Assembly (NCBI GenBank): GCA_965204375.1
Contig: OZ241986.1
Location: 768,001-832,000, forward strand
From: Candidatus Latescibacterota bacterium
GTDB taxonomy: Bacteria; Latescibacterota; UBA2968
Direction of reading: 5' to 3'
Length of the DNA: 64,000 nt
The notes beneath the pieces are model-generated. The model saw nothing but the letters and a program-made list of their open reading frames with translations, had not been told where the DNA came from and searched no databases. The position numbers and the translations under genes are program-made. Positions 48,795 to 59,551 of this stretch are shown one piece after another; position 1 is the stretch's first letter; every line of letters begins with the position of its first letter.

Positions 48795-48823
48795 AAAAAG
48801 AGAGGGACATCATCTCTTTTTTT
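48795..48823. terminator. Possible intrinsic terminator hairpin
   Basis: AAAAAGAGA-n9-TCTCTTTTT just downstream of the 48830 stop. Confidence 0.35.
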
Positions 48824-48829
48824 CTTTGT

Positions 48830-49615
48830 TCACTTCTTTCGAGCGAGCCAAATCTGTTCACCTCCATAAAGATAAGGACTCCGATGAAAGTTTCCATACA
48901 ATTCCTGAATCTGATATCCACACAATTCTAGAAGATGCTGCATTTCGTTCTTATAGATGTGTCGTGTCTTACCGACATTATGAATCCTTGAAATTGTCTC
49001 GCCAGATTTGCTGATTTCTTCATAAGTATAATGCCATTCTGAAATTTGGGTCTCAAGGTCACATTTCCGACTTCCCCAAAGAATAACACGATTTCCCGTC
49101 TCTGGATGATTTAACTCTTGTAGTTTTTTTACTGCTGTACCTCCACCAGATGCGGAGACAAGCTCATCCAAACTGGGATCACCATTATGTATTATCAGAA
49201 GTCCATTATCTAAAAGATGTTCATTGATGCACAAAAGGGCCTTTCTTTGGTCTTCTGGTGTTAAGATGTGATGGAAAGCTCTGTAGGGAATCAAGATGGC
49301 GTTGAATCGGTTATTTAGCGAAAAATCACGCATGTCGCCTGCAACGAGGTTTATACGCTCCTGAACTTCATTCCTCAGCTTTGAGACATTTTCTTTCGCT
49401 AACTCAAGCATCTCAGAAGATGGCTCAAGTCCAAAAACATCTAAACCGGATTCAGCTATTGGGATCAGCACTCGCCCTGTTCCACATCCGAGTTCCAAAA
49501 CGGGGCTTCCCGCATTCTGGACTTCTCGAATATAAAATTCTATATCATCTTTTGTTTTCAATGCGTCTTCTCGAGCATCATAGAGTTTAGCTCTGATACC
49601 TTGGTAACCTTCCAT
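48830..49615 (-). CDS. Class I SAM-dependent methyltransferase
   Basis: VLELGCGTGR, GDMRDF; GGAGG RBS. Confidence 0.9.
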   Translation of the reverse strand: MEGYQGIRAKLYDAREDALKTKDDIEFYIREVQNAGSPVLELGCGTGRVLIPIAESGLDVFGLEPSSEMLELAKENVSKLRNEVQERINLVAGDMRDFSLNNRFNAILIPYRAFHHILTPEDQRKALLCINEHLLDNGLLIIHNGDPSLDELVSASGGGTAVKKLQELNHPETGNRVILWGSRKCDLETQISEWHYTYEEISKSGETISRIHNVGKTRHIYKNEMQHLLELCGYQIQELYGNFHRSPYLYGGEQIWLARKK

Positions 49616-49649
49616 AAATCCTCCACAAAATCACACATCAAGCAAGTTA

Positions 49650-49833
49650 TATAAGATTGAAAATAAATACCTTACAAGAAACATCGCTTGATGCTAAATT
49701 GAAAACCAGCTATATTCCCTTATATCTCATTAGAGATAGACTACTATCGTTTTGTTTCATGATTGGCTTAAGAGTCCTCAGCTATTTTTAACCGCTCAAA
49801 CCGAGGAGAAATCATGTTGCGAGTCAGCGACCC
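49650..49833 (+). repeat. Duplicated promoter+RBS+start module, copy 2
   Basis: Direct repeat of 42222-42406, ending after codon 7 (MLRVSDP). Confidence 0.92.
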
Positions 49834-50287
49834 TATGGTTCAGAAGTACATCGACTCCGAGTTCGGGCAGCGATGTCTCTACGAGGGCACGCATTGTACG
49901 GAGTGTGTGAGAGAAGAAGACAGGGAGATATGGGGGGTCGGTGATGAACCTTCTTCCTCTGCTTATCCGGGCTTAGCGGCTCGAAAGTTCATCAGAGCGC
50001 ACGAGATCTACGAGAAACTTGGCCTTGCAAGCCCGGCCGAGATCACTGGCGCAGGCATTCTGAAGGAGTTATCTGCTCACACTTCAGCCGAGACCCGGGA
50101 TGCTCTCTGGTACGAAGCTCACGGAAGCGAAGGTGGTATCCCCGTCTGCATCAGGCCGTGTATGTGGCAGGCTGGGCAATATGTACTTGACATCGCGATC
50201 CTTGAATTCCTGCTCCAACGGAAGGAATTGGGAATCGCCCCCGAAATGCTGTCTCGTTTCCAGGCCAGGATTGCGAAGCACAGGTAA
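49814..50287 (+). CDS. Hypothetical, probably chimeric protein
   Basis: First 7 aa identical to the ORF at 42387, remainder unrelated. Confidence 0.55.
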   Translation: MLRVSDPMVQKYIDSEFGQRCLYEGTHCTECVREEDREIWGVGDEPSSSAYPGLAARKFIRAHEIYEKLGLASPAEITGAGILKELSAHTSAETRDALWYEAHGSEGGIPVCIRPCMWQAGQYVLDIAILEFLLQRKELGIAPEMLSRFQARIAKHR

Positions 50288-50358
50288 TGTTGCTTTCTCT
50301 CGCGGATTTGTTCATATAAGCAAGCCGTTGTTATCTTTTTAAAACAGGAGGTTACCGG

Positions 50359-51339
50359 ATGTCCAAACCGCTTTATCAACTGGATTGGCAGCGTCAGGAG
50401 CAGCCGATCCTGTCGGGGATGACCACAAACCAGGACTGGTGCCGGGTGACGGTGTACAGCCCGGCGGTTCTCCGTATGGGCGATACGTATAAAATGTGGT
50501 ACCTGGGCAACCGAACGGCCACGCGTACGAGCGATATGGATCTGGGGTATGCCGAGTCCCAGGATGGACTGACCTGGACGCCACATCCGGACAATCCGAT
50601 CCTCAGCGGCGCGTTGCCGTGGGGCCGTGCGTGGCAGACGCCGCATGTGATCTTCGACAGCGATGAAAATCTTTACAAGATGTGGTTCGTGATGGCCGAC
50701 AGCCGTCCGGGTGAGGGGGGCAGGGCGATCGTTCTGGGGCAGAAGCTGGGGTATGCGACCAGCTCCGACGGTCTGACATGGGAGGTTTATCCCGAGCCGA
50801 TCTATCCGAGCGGGCGGGGGCCGTGCGTGTTGAAGGAGGGGCCGACCGCCTACCGGATGTGGATGTGTTCATCCCCCAGTCCGGACGGAGAATTTGGAGA
50901 TCTGGTCGGGAATATCTACCACTTTGAATCGGCTGACGGCATCGCCTGGACGCGGGACCCCGAACCGATGATCCGGGCCACTGAAACGCGCCAGAGCGTG
51001 GTCTATCCGAGCGTTTTGAGGGCCGAGCGAGGATATACGATGTGGTACGGGTGCCATGTAGAGGGAGGAATCTTCGAGCTTTTCTGTTCGACGTCGGAGG
51101 ATGGGCTGCATTGGACGCACCACCTGAAGGCGTCTTCGTTTCCCGCAACACGCGATCCGAACGATTTTGACGGACGGTACACGTCCACGCCATGCGTGCT
51201 GGACGACGGTGACCGCTATCTGCTGTACTACTCCGCCCGAGACTGGGGAAACCTCTACCGGGCCGGGGACGGGACGATCAAGACCGACGGCGCGGGCATT
51301 TACCGCCACATCGGGGTGGCCGTATGTCCGAAGGAATAA
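50359..51339 (+). CDS. Five-bladed beta-propeller glycosidase-like protein (GH43/GH32/GH130-like)
   Basis: Repeats YKMWY, GYAES.DGLTW, NPIL, P.V; AGGAGG RBS. Confidence 0.72.
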   Translation: MSKPLYQLDWQRQEQPILSGMTTNQDWCRVTVYSPAVLRMGDTYKMWYLGNRTATRTSDMDLGYAESQDGLTWTPHPDNPILSGALPWGRAWQTPHVIFDSDENLYKMWFVMADSRPGEGGRAIVLGQKLGYATSSDGLTWEVYPEPIYPSGRGPCVLKEGPTAYRMWMCSSPSPDGEFGDLVGNIYHFESADGIAWTRDPEPMIRATETRQSVVYPSVLRAERGYTMWYGCHVEGGIFELFCSTSEDGLHWTHHLKASSFPATRDPNDFDGRYTSTPCVLDDGDRYLLYYSARDWGNLYRAGDGTIKTDGAGIYRHIGVAVCPKE

Positions 51340-51377
51340 ACCGCGACAGCCGGAATTGCCATCGCCATCGTTGCGTT

Positions 51378-52580
51378 TCAGGCTTTTGATGTTTGTTGGG
51401 CTTCACACGCTTGTTTCCAGACATGGTGTTTTGCCATCATCCTTTCAACTTTTTCAGGGGCGGTGGCGCGCAGGTCGCGTTGTTCGTCAGGATCGGTGCT
51501 CAGATCGAACAGGCCGTCTGGTTTGCCGTTTGTGGCGTGGAGTTTTAGATTGCCCTCGCGGACTGCGTCCTCTGTTCTGTACGTCCAGTGCAGCGTGCGG
51601 TCCAGGGGCTGCTCTTTGCCTTCGAAGAGAGGCCAAGCGTTTTGGGCATCGATGACGCGATCGTCGGGCACAGGTGCACCGGCGAGAGCGGCGAATGTCG
51701 CGTAGAGGTCATAGTGTACCCAGGGGGTATTGATTTTCGTATTTGGAGCGATTTTTCCGGGCCAGACCGCGTTGCAGATGACCTTGAGCGAACGCTCCCA
51801 AAGGGTTCGGCCATAACCATTGGTCCGGCTGCCTCCCTGATCGCTCAGGAATACGATGAGCGTATTTTCCGCAATACCGGCATGGTGTACCGCATCCAGC
51901 ACGCGTCCCACGCACAGGTCCAGGTATTCGACCATATACTGGTAGTTTACCAGTGGATCATCGCTGTGATAGTATCCGGGTGGGGCCTGGTAGGGACCGT
52001 GTGGGGCATAAAAGGCGAGATTCAGGTAGAAGGGGTCTGGCTCTTGGGATTGGCGATTGATAAATTTGATTGCTTTATCCGTAAACAAGGTGTCGAAGTA
52101 ACCCTCATCCGCTATGGGTTCCAGACCGCGAAAAAAGTGGCTTTTCATGTCGCGGTTGTAAAGGTGGGTGTAGTAGTCGGCATGGCCGGCGTTGCTGCCG
52201 TAAAATTCATGAAAGCCATGGTGTAAGGGGTTGAATGTCGCAGCATATCCCAGATTCCATTTTCCAAACAGCCCTGTTGTGTATCCGGCATTGCGCAAAA
52301 GTCTGGCTATAGAGACTTCCTGAAGCGAGAGTCCGGATTCCGGATCATCTGGGCGTGTCTGTGAGTTGATGCCAACCCGATACGGATGTCTGCCCGTGTT
52401 CCAGGCGCAACGCGCTGGTGAACACAGCGGGGTTGCGATCAGGCAATTGTCGAAGACGACCCCCTCGCTCGCCATTGTGTTCAATCTGGGCGTTTCGAAT
52501 ATCCCTTCGCCATAATAATCGACTGCTTCGCGACCGAGGTTGTCGGCTACTATGAAGATGATATTGGGATGATTTTTCAT
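51378..52580 (-). CDS. Arylsulfatase-like sulfatase (Cys-type)
   Basis: CSPAR, GKWNLG, HGF, APH. Confidence 0.9.
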   Translation of the reverse strand: MKNHPNIIFIVADNLGREAVDYYGEGIFETPRLNTMASEGVVFDNCLIATPLCSPARCAWNTGRHPYRVGINSQTRPDDPESGLSLQEVSIARLLRNAGYTTGLFGKWNLGYAATFNPLHHGFHEFYGSNAGHADYYTHLYNRDMKSHFFRGLEPIADEGYFDTLFTDKAIKFINRQSQEPDPFYLNLAFYAPHGPYQAPPGYYHSDDPLVNYQYMVEYLDLCVGRVLDAVHHAGIAENTLIVFLSDQGGSRTNGYGRTLWERSLKVICNAVWPGKIAPNTKINTPWVHYDLYATFAALAGAPVPDDRVIDAQNAWPLFEGKEQPLDRTLHWTYRTEDAVREGNLKLHATNGKPDGLFDLSTDPDEQRDLRATAPEKVERMMAKHHVWKQACEAQQTSKA

Positions 52581-52643
52581 TGGTGTTTCCTTAATAGATT
52601 GAAAAGTATAAACTTATGGTTGGATAAGAATCCAGGGGCAATA

Positions 52644-54065
52644 TCAGTTCTGAGAATCGGGATGGCTCGCATGGGCCAGTTCGCGTAGTACATCGACCGC
52701 GAAGAGGACGTCCTCTCTCCGACAGTCGAACTGACCGACCTGGAAGCGAATGACGAACTGTCCATCATGGATCGTCTGCGTCAGGTAGATTCGGCCGTCA
52801 TCGTTGACCGCGCGGAGCAGGCGTTCGGTGGTGTCGTTGGCGTTCTCACCGTCGGGAGCGTACTGGAACGTGAAGAGCGAAAGGTGGCAGTCCGTTGTCA
52901 GGCGAAAGCCGTCCAGCGATGCGATTGCAGTGGCGGCCTCCTCAGCCCAGGCAATATGGTTCCGGATGCGCTGTCGGAGGTCTTCGAGACCGTGGGCACG
53001 GAGCAGGAACCAGAGCTTGAGGGCGCGGAATCGGCGCCCCAGGGGGATCGTCCATTCGCTGTAATTGGTGATTTCGGTTTGGCCGAGGGTCTGGAGGTAA
53101 TCCGGACGGATACCGAGGGTGCGAACCTGTGGTTCCGGGTCCGCGAGAAACTGGATCGAACAGTCGAATTGTGCGCCGAGCCACTTGTGGGGATTGAAGA
53201 CGATGCTGTCGGCTCCCTCGACCCCCGCCCACAACTCGCGTAGCTCGGGACAGATCATCGCGGAACCGGCCCACGCGGCGTCGATGTGGACGTAGAGATC
53301 GTGCTCGCGTGCCACTTCGATGGTCTGGTGTACATGGTCGGATGCGCCAATCGACGTGCCTCCAACACAGAGGACGACACCGGCCGGGAGAAAACCCGCG
53401 GCATGATCTGCGTTGATTGCCCGGCGGAGCGCTTCCGGGTCGAGCGCCCAGGAATCATCGGTCGGGACTTTGACCAGATTTTGTTGGCCGATACCGGCGA
53501 TGTGAATCGCCTTGTCAACCGACGAGTGGGTCTCCGGCGATGCGTAGATCCGGATTTGTTTCTCTCCCGCTATTCCAGAATCGATTCCTCGCCAGCCAAG
53601 TGCGCGCTCGCGCATCGTTAGTACAGCGCAGATATTTGCCGATGTTGCCGTATCCTGGATAACCCCCTGGAATCCTTCTGGTAGCCCGAGTGCCTGGCGC
53701 ATCCAATCGACCATCCGGGTCTCGATTTCCGTAGCTGCGGGTGAGGTCTGCCAGAGCATGCACTGGGCTGCCATGACCGCCGTCAAATTCTCGGCGATCA
53801 TCGAAACCGGCGCAGCGTTGGCGCTGAAGTACGCAAAAAAGTGCCGGTGTTGCCAATGCGTCATGCCGTCGGGCACGATGCGCTCGAAGTCGGCGAAGAT
53901 CGTCTCCATGCTTACCGGCCCTTCCGGTGGCGATAGAGGCAGCATCGCTGCGATCTTGCCCGGTGCGGTCTGCGCCCGAACAGGCCGCTCTTCGAGCGTG
54001 GCCAGGTATTCGGCGCCCCACCGTGCGGCTCGTTCAGCCCATTGAAAGTAGTCTTCTCGTTTCAA
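52644..54065 (-). CDS. PLP-dependent aromatic L-amino acid decarboxylase (group II)
   Basis: THWQH, SPAATEIE, HSSVDKA, HIDAAWAG, NPHKW, LGRRFRALKLW. Confidence 0.9.
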   Translation of the reverse strand: MKREDYFQWAERAARWGAEYLATLEERPVRAQTAPGKIAAMLPLSPPEGPVSMETIFADFERIVPDGMTHWQHRHFFAYFSANAAPVSMIAENLTAVMAAQCMLWQTSPAATEIETRMVDWMRQALGLPEGFQGVIQDTATSANICAVLTMRERALGWRGIDSGIAGEKQIRIYASPETHSSVDKAIHIAGIGQQNLVKVPTDDSWALDPEALRRAINADHAAGFLPAGVVLCVGGTSIGASDHVHQTIEVAREHDLYVHIDAAWAGSAMICPELRELWAGVEGADSIVFNPHKWLGAQFDCSIQFLADPEPQVRTLGIRPDYLQTLGQTEITNYSEWTIPLGRRFRALKLWFLLRAHGLEDLRQRIRNHIAWAEEAATAIASLDGFRLTTDCHLSLFTFQYAPDGENANDTTERLLRAVNDDGRIYLTQTIHDGQFVIRFQVGQFDCRREDVLFAVDVLRELAHASHPDSQN

Positions 54066-54099
54066 TGCATTGTGTCCAGGTTTTTAGAGATTTAGTTCT

Positions 54100-55080
54100 T
54101 CAAAGGTAGTCGCTGACGTCCATTTCCGGATACGCATTCTTGATCAGTTCAACCGAGGTGGGCGTGTACATTGCGTCACCGGGTTTCGGCCAGCCGAAGA
54201 GACTGCGAACCCTCGATGTCGTTTTTCCCAAAAAGGGTTTCAAGCGTCGAATCGCCTCACCTTCCCTTTTGCCGGTTGATGTCCATGGCATGGTGTCTCT
54301 GCGTCCTATTGAGAAGAAAATGACCGCACGCTGTTTGTCCTTGTCTGCAAAAGGTTGTGCTGCGTGTGGCGTGTGTCCACTGTAGAAGAGAACGCTGCCA
54401 GCTTTTCCAGTGATTGAGACGGGTTCCTGTGCGTGAAGAATTTTGCGGATATCGGCAAAGCGGTAAGCGTGAGGCACCTTGCGGATGTCGCCAAAGCCCA
54501 GGCCGTCGTCCTCAATCACACGCAAGATATCGCCCATTTTGTCGTGTACTCCTGGGACCAACCGAACAGGCGCGCAATCTTCGTCAATATCGTCCAGAAA
54601 GACCCAGGCTTGAATATGGCCATACCGCTGCCAATCTGGGTGGGGGGGAATAAAGGGTTTGGCCCAATCCAGGTGAAATTCGATTTCTGGCTTCGTTGGG
54701 GCCTTTCTATCTATTCTGCCGTTTCGGACATAGACGTAACCGTGATGGTAGTGTATATCAGGCGTATCCAGAAGCTGTTCCAGAGCATCCAGAAAAGGAT
54801 CGTGTTCCAGGACCCGGTCAATGACCTCTACCCCTGTTGGAATGTCACAGAACTCCGCTCTGGGGCCGGCCATCCCGAGACCTGCTCCGGGCAGGCGTAG
54901 CTTATTTTCAAGGTCAGGATTGGCTTTCAATTCGGCAATGAACTCGGAAAAAGACTTTCCACCATAAGCATTTTGTTCCGCAGCCTCAAGTACCGCTGAC
55001 AATTGGCTGGTCGAGAACAGGTCCGGGACCGTGACGTAACCCTCTTGTAAGTAAAATTCATACTGCTCTTGTGTCAGCAT
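54100..55080 (-). CDS. Phytanoyl-CoA dioxygenase (PhyH) family
   Basis: HLD, LDD...RLVPG.H, PHAA...R. Confidence 0.8.
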   Translation of the reverse strand: MLTQEQYEFYLQEGYVTVPDLFSTSQLSAVLEAAEQNAYGGKSFSEFIAELKANPDLENKLRLPGAGLGMAGPRAEFCDIPTGVEVIDRVLEHDPFLDALEQLLDTPDIHYHHGYVYVRNGRIDRKAPTKPEIEFHLDWAKPFIPPHPDWQRYGHIQAWVFLDDIDEDCAPVRLVPGVHDKMGDILRVIEDDGLGFGDIRKVPHAYRFADIRKILHAQEPVSITGKAGSVLFYSGHTPHAAQPFADKDKQRAVIFFSIGRRDTMPWTSTGKREGEAIRRLKPFLGKTTSRVRSLFGWPKPGDAMYTPTSVELIKNAYPEMDVSDYL

Positions 55081-55104
55081 TTTCGATCTCCTTTAATAAA
55101 TCGC

Positions 55105-56712
55105 CTAAATTTCATCGTCATCCAGAGCGCGCTGTCCTTCAAACGGTCCCCATTGAATACGCCCTCTGGTTCTTCTATCGCTCTTGTAAATCTCCGGGTC
55201 ATAATTCGGGTTTTCCTTGGGGAATCGCGCTCCGACCAGTTCGAGATAGCGCATCATTTCGTCGTAGAGTTTCCGATGTATTTCCGGATTTTGCTTTGCA
55301 ATATTGGTAACCTCGCCAATGTCGCCAGAAAGGTCGAACAACATCGGAATATCCGGTCGTTCGTAAAAATGGATCACCTTGGACGAACCAGAAATAATGA
55401 CCGAATGCGGCACAGAGTTCCGATAATGAGGATAATGGAAATAGAGATAGCGATTCAGAAAGGCTTCGTCAGGCTCTTCTCCAGCCATGTAATCCGCGAG
55501 GCTGACACCGTCGATATTCTGCAATTTTTCCGAGTCGCCACCAGCCCAATCAACGAAGGTGGGTAAGAAATCATAGTTGATCACATTGCCGGTAAAAGCT
55601 GAGTTAGGTTTGATCCCGGGCCCCTTGACAATCATAGGCACCCGGATGCCTCCATCCCACAACCACCACTTTGTTGCGTGTAACGGTTGCTTGTAGTCGG
55701 GTATGATTTCGACTTCTTCGTGTCGGTAGCCGTTGTCACCCACTACGATGACATAGGTGTTATCCGCAATTCCCAGTTCTTCTAATTTGTCGAGCACCGC
55801 GCCGATCCGACCATCCAGATCCTCACCCATGCCCAACCAAATTGCGGGATCATCTCCCCGATTGACTGTGTCGGGATGTTTATTGTTTTTCTTATACCAC
55901 TCCTGCACCAGTGGGTGATTCACATATTTTTCACGCGTTTTATCCAGGCATTCATAACCCGCATGCATGGCGTAATGAGAGATCTGAAGGTAAAAGGGAT
56001 TGCTTTTTTCTACCTGTTCTTCCATGAAGCCAATTGCCTTTTCGGTAATGCTGAACATCAACTTGGGATCGGCCATATCTTTGGGTAGTCGTCTGGGCGT
56101 CCGCTCGCCTCTCTCCAGGCCGTACTTCAGGGTATTGCCGGGATTATTATCGGTAGCACCATCGTGTAATATGTAGCCTGCCTTTGCAGGATCGCCCCTC
56201 ATGTGCCATTTGCCAATGTGGGCGCTGACATAACCCAGTGGCTTGAGCGCTCTGGGAATGGTAACTGCGTCTTCGTCGAGTTCTCGGTCGGACACGTTCG
56301 GGACCAGTGGGAAACTCTGATATTCCCTTTTCGTGTCGTAGTAAGGCTCTCTTGCCCCCAGATATACCGTGAAACCACTGTGTGGAGCAGACTGCCCCGT
56401 CTGTACGCACACACGAGCAGGTGCACATTGGGGTGCTCCATAGGCATTGCGAAATTTCATGCCCTCATTTGCCAGCTTTTGGATGTTCGGCATTTGCAAG
56501 ACCGGCATCAGGGAGTTCTCCATGGTGTCATCCATGGCAACCGGTGATCCGTTCCAGGCCCAGTCGTCTATATAAAACATGACAATGTTGGGCCTGGATT
56601 GTGCGTTAGACCCCGCTTGTGTGTTGGATTTGGCCTGTGCAGCCTGACTGCGAACGGCGAAGGTCCCAATCACAATCGCAACCCATAGGATGAGTTTGAT
56701 AAAAAGGATCAT
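55105..56712 (-). CDS. Secreted sulfatase (Cys-type)
   Basis: Signal peptide; CAPAR, GKWH, DNG, GGIRVP. Confidence 0.9.
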   Translation of the reverse strand: MILFIKLILWVAIVIGTFAVRSQAAQAKSNTQAGSNAQSRPNIVMFYIDDWAWNGSPVAMDDTMENSLMPVLQMPNIQKLANEGMKFRNAYGAPQCAPARVCVQTGQSAPHSGFTVYLGAREPYYDTKREYQSFPLVPNVSDRELDEDAVTIPRALKPLGYVSAHIGKWHMRGDPAKAGYILHDGATDNNPGNTLKYGLERGERTPRRLPKDMADPKLMFSITEKAIGFMEEQVEKSNPFYLQISHYAMHAGYECLDKTREKYVNHPLVQEWYKKNNKHPDTVNRGDDPAIWLGMGEDLDGRIGAVLDKLEELGIADNTYVIVVGDNGYRHEEVEIIPDYKQPLHATKWWLWDGGIRVPMIVKGPGIKPNSAFTGNVINYDFLPTFVDWAGGDSEKLQNIDGVSLADYMAGEEPDEAFLNRYLYFHYPHYRNSVPHSVIISGSSKVIHFYERPDIPMLFDLSGDIGEVTNIAKQNPEIHRKLYDEMMRYLELVGARFPKENPNYDPEIYKSDRRTRGRIQWGPFEGQRALDDDEI

Positions 56713-56731
56713 ATATTCCTCCTGTTGGACA

Positions 56732-59545
56732 TCAGTTGTTGCTTCTCCAGATAATTTTTCTTTTTTTCCCTTCGACCTCGCAAAATACGGCCAGTCTTCT
56801 GGATACAGTGATTCCGAGTTTATAAGTACCGGGGTCGGACACCTTTCTGGATTTCCAAAGTTCCACTTCCGGATGGTCGGGCGTACCGCGATAGGTCACC
56901 AACTGTCCCTTTTCGAAAGCGGCATAATGAAGACCGCCGTCGGGGTCCTTCGACCGGGATCGCCAAATCGCGTCTCCACTCCTGCCAGGAGCACCTCGAC
57001 GTAGCACCAGCTTTCCATTATCATGCATCTTCAAATAGCATTCCAGGCGGGGGAATACGCGGACATCTCCGATCATCAACCGCTCGCCTTCGTTCAGTAT
57101 TACTTGATGAATCTCATCCCGCCAGCCTGTCGCACTATTTTTCGACACATCACCCACGGCAATCTGAATTTCACTCCGATTGAATATACCGGTTTTGTCT
57201 TCTGCCACAGCTTCCAAATGATATATCCCAGGCTTCAGTGCTTTCAGAAGTTCATCGCTTGAATCGCTCCAAACCTGCGGTTGGGTTGCAGTGAGAATCA
57301 GGCCGTTAAGATAAAGCTTCACTTCCCGAATGCCATCTCCATCGGTCGCATCTACTTCTACCTGGAGATCAGTTTCCGCCGGAAAACGCGCACCATCCTT
57401 CAGGTTTGTAAAACGCACTTTTGGAAAGTCCCCTTCCCGCTGTACGGTGATGACCTCTTTTTCCACTTCCGCCAGAGTGCGGTTCCAGTCCATAAAGTGG
57501 GTCCGGGCCATCAATTGCGTTTTGTATTGGGGTGTAAGAATCGAGGCATACGTCTTCCACTCATCCACTGCGTCCTTAAAATGGGCCACGGCTTCATCAT
57601 TAAACTGTTTCCGCTGGCGATCCTCGCGAAATATCGCCAGTTTGGCTGCACCGCGCATTTTGTCGGCATAATAACGGCCGAGATAGGCCATGCTTTCAAT
57701 ATCGTTCAGCGTTTCCTGCAACTCCACATTATCGCCCATCTGTGCCCGCAATGCTGGAAGCGCTTTTAGTGCAGTCGCCGCATATTCATCCAGGTGATTC
57801 GCCACCTGCAACGGTGTGATGCCCTTCAGTTTTTTTCCGGCAAGAAAAGCCTTTGCCCACTCTGTTACGGAGTGAATACCCGATCCACGCATCGGGTCCC
57901 GATCAAAATGGTAATCATCCACGGTCAGAAAACCCTGGCGCTGCATACACCCTTCCGGCGCGAAGTTTCCATCGGTGCCAGACCAGACGGATCTGTTGAG
58001 TTGCGGAATAATCTCGGAAGTTGACTCCCATGCATCGTAAAGGAGCCTGGCATCTACATCGGGAAAACGATGCTTCAGGACCGCTTCCCAATAGTCTCGA
58101 TTGAGTGACGGATTATAAGATAGCTGTCCCCATAGCCGAAATCGATACCAGTGCTTATCAATCTCCAACCGCCTGGACATCTCTGGATTCCTGGCGATAA
58201 ACTCGCGGCCCCACACATAGCCGTCAGAGCCCATATAAAAGCCGGGCGAATGGTCGTGTGGCATTTCTTTAATAAACTCGCGCACATAATCTGGGCTGCC
58301 CCAACGATGCATGAAAATATCGTCATTGCGCAAGTTGAGCCAGACTTTGAAATTATCCAGCCAGCCATCATTTACAATGCGTCTTTCCCATTCCTGCGGC
58401 CTTCTCATCGAATAGATGTGAGCGACCGCATACTTGACACTGGTTTCCAATATGCCCGTATAATTTTTAAAGGCATCTGTAACGTAGTGATGGTCTGTTA
58501 CGTGTCTGCGAAAAATAAAACGAATTTTGCGATCGGGCTGTTGTTCTTGCACGTCCATAATGCCTCGACCGTAGGTGTTGAAGATAAAGTTTTCTATCGA
58601 ATGCACGCCTTTAATTTCATTATCCGCGTTTTCGCCAGCCGTGACGCCAATCCCCGCAATCTGCGGGTAGGTCAGCAATGCCTGGCGCACACTCTTTCGC
58701 ATATAATCGACAGTGACGGGGTTGGTCTGGTCCTGCGTAATACCGTGTTTTCCGGTTGCGCCAAAAGTGAAGACGTTCCAGTGAAACAGATAAATTTCAA
58801 TCCCGCGATCCTCCGCGTATTGGAACACCCGTTGCCAATGCGCGATTTTCTCTTCGATAGTGATCTTTTTGACCAGCTTCAGGGTGCCCGGTTTGTCAAA
58901 ATCCACATCCTGCCACTTGTTTTTATTGTTCGGATAAATATCGACGCCGATGCGATAGATATCGTCCAGCGCGACTTCGGGATACTCTTCCAGCTTAATA
59001 ATGGAAGGAAAGGGATGGGTCGTCCACAGGCTCAGCACATTGTAGCGATAGCGCGCAAGGTCATCGAGATAGGCTTTCCAGAATTCAAAGTCCCAGACTG
59101 TTTCGATATTGTTCTGTGCCGAATCTCCCGTGTCGTCGTAGGATGGGGTGCGCGCATCCAGGGGGATATTAAATTTAATCCCACGCTTTTTCACAAAGGG
59201 TGCGCGTTCCTGATTCTCAATCGGAAGACCGAGGCGCAAAAGGTCGGCTACTTCGAGACCGCCATACATTGCGCCCGTTGCATCTGTACCAGTAATCCGT
59301 ATCCGGGATCCAACAGTCCGAATTTGAAATGCTTCGGGTAATGTCTCATCCGGCTTAATGGTCAACGAAACCTGAAGGTCCTCCCGTCCCACCTCTTTTA
59401 ATACATCGTTTAGTTCCTGCGCCGCAAATACCAACTGCGGGATCTTTGTATCATATTCGACCGAAGCCGCGAGGCGACCCGGCAGAAGAATGCTCAAAAC
59501 GAATAACAAATAGAGAAATGAACGAGGTCTCTTTTTCATTGTCAC
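56732..59545 (-). CDS. Large secreted glycoside-hydrolase-like protein with Ig-like and possible lectin C-terminal domains
   Basis: Signal peptide; [20 protein letters not shown]; Ig-like [15 protein letters not shown]. Confidence 0.6.
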   Translation of the reverse strand: MTMKKRPRSFLYLLFVLSILLPGRLAASVEYDTKIPQLVFAAQELNDVLKEVGREDLQVSLTIKPDETLPEAFQIRTVGSRIRITGTDATGAMYGGLEVADLLRLGLPIENQERAPFVKKRGIKFNIPLDARTPSYDDTGDSAQNNIETVWDFEFWKAYLDDLARYRYNVLSLWTTHPFPSIIKLEEYPEVALDDIYRIGVDIYPNNKNKWQDVDFDKPGTLKLVKKITIEEKIAHWQRVFQYAEDRGIEIYLFHWNVFTFGATGKHGITQDQTNPVTVDYMRKSVRQALLTYPQIAGIGVTAGENADNEIKGVHSIENFIFNTYGRGIMDVQEQQPDRKIRFIFRRHVTDHHYVTDAFKNYTGILETSVKYAVAHIYSMRRPQEWERRIVNDGWLDNFKVWLNLRNDDIFMHRWGSPDYVREFIKEMPHDHSPGFYMGSDGYVWGREFIARNPEMSRRLEIDKHWYRFRLWGQLSYNPSLNRDYWEAVLKHRFPDVDARLLYDAWESTSEIIPQLNRSVWSGTDGNFAPEGCMQRQGFLTVDDYHFDRDPMRGSGIHSVTEWAKAFLAGKKLKGITPLQVANHLDEYAATALKALPALRAQMGDNVELQETLNDIESMAYLGRYYADKMRGAAKLAIFREDRQRKQFNDEAVAHFKDAVDEWKTYASILTPQYKTQLMARTHFMDWNRTLAEVEKEVITVQREGDFPKVRFTNLKDGARFPAETDLQVEVDATDGDGIREVKLYLNGLILTATQPQVWSDSSDELLKALKPGIYHLEAVAEDKTGIFNRSEIQIAVGDVSKNSATGWRDEIHQVILNEGERLMIGDVRVFPRLECYLKMHDNGKLVLRRGAPGRSGDAIWRSRSKDPDGGLHYAAFEKGQLVTYRGTPDHPEVELWKSRKVSDPGTYKLGITVSRRLAVFCEVEGKKRKIIWRSNN

Positions 59546-59551
59546 AATCCT

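Noticed and set aside
58151-59341. Long antisense ORFs (this 396-aa one; also 31238-32131, 27304-28182, 39122-39946)
   Set aside because: Shadow frames of well-supported genes with no motifs or RBS.
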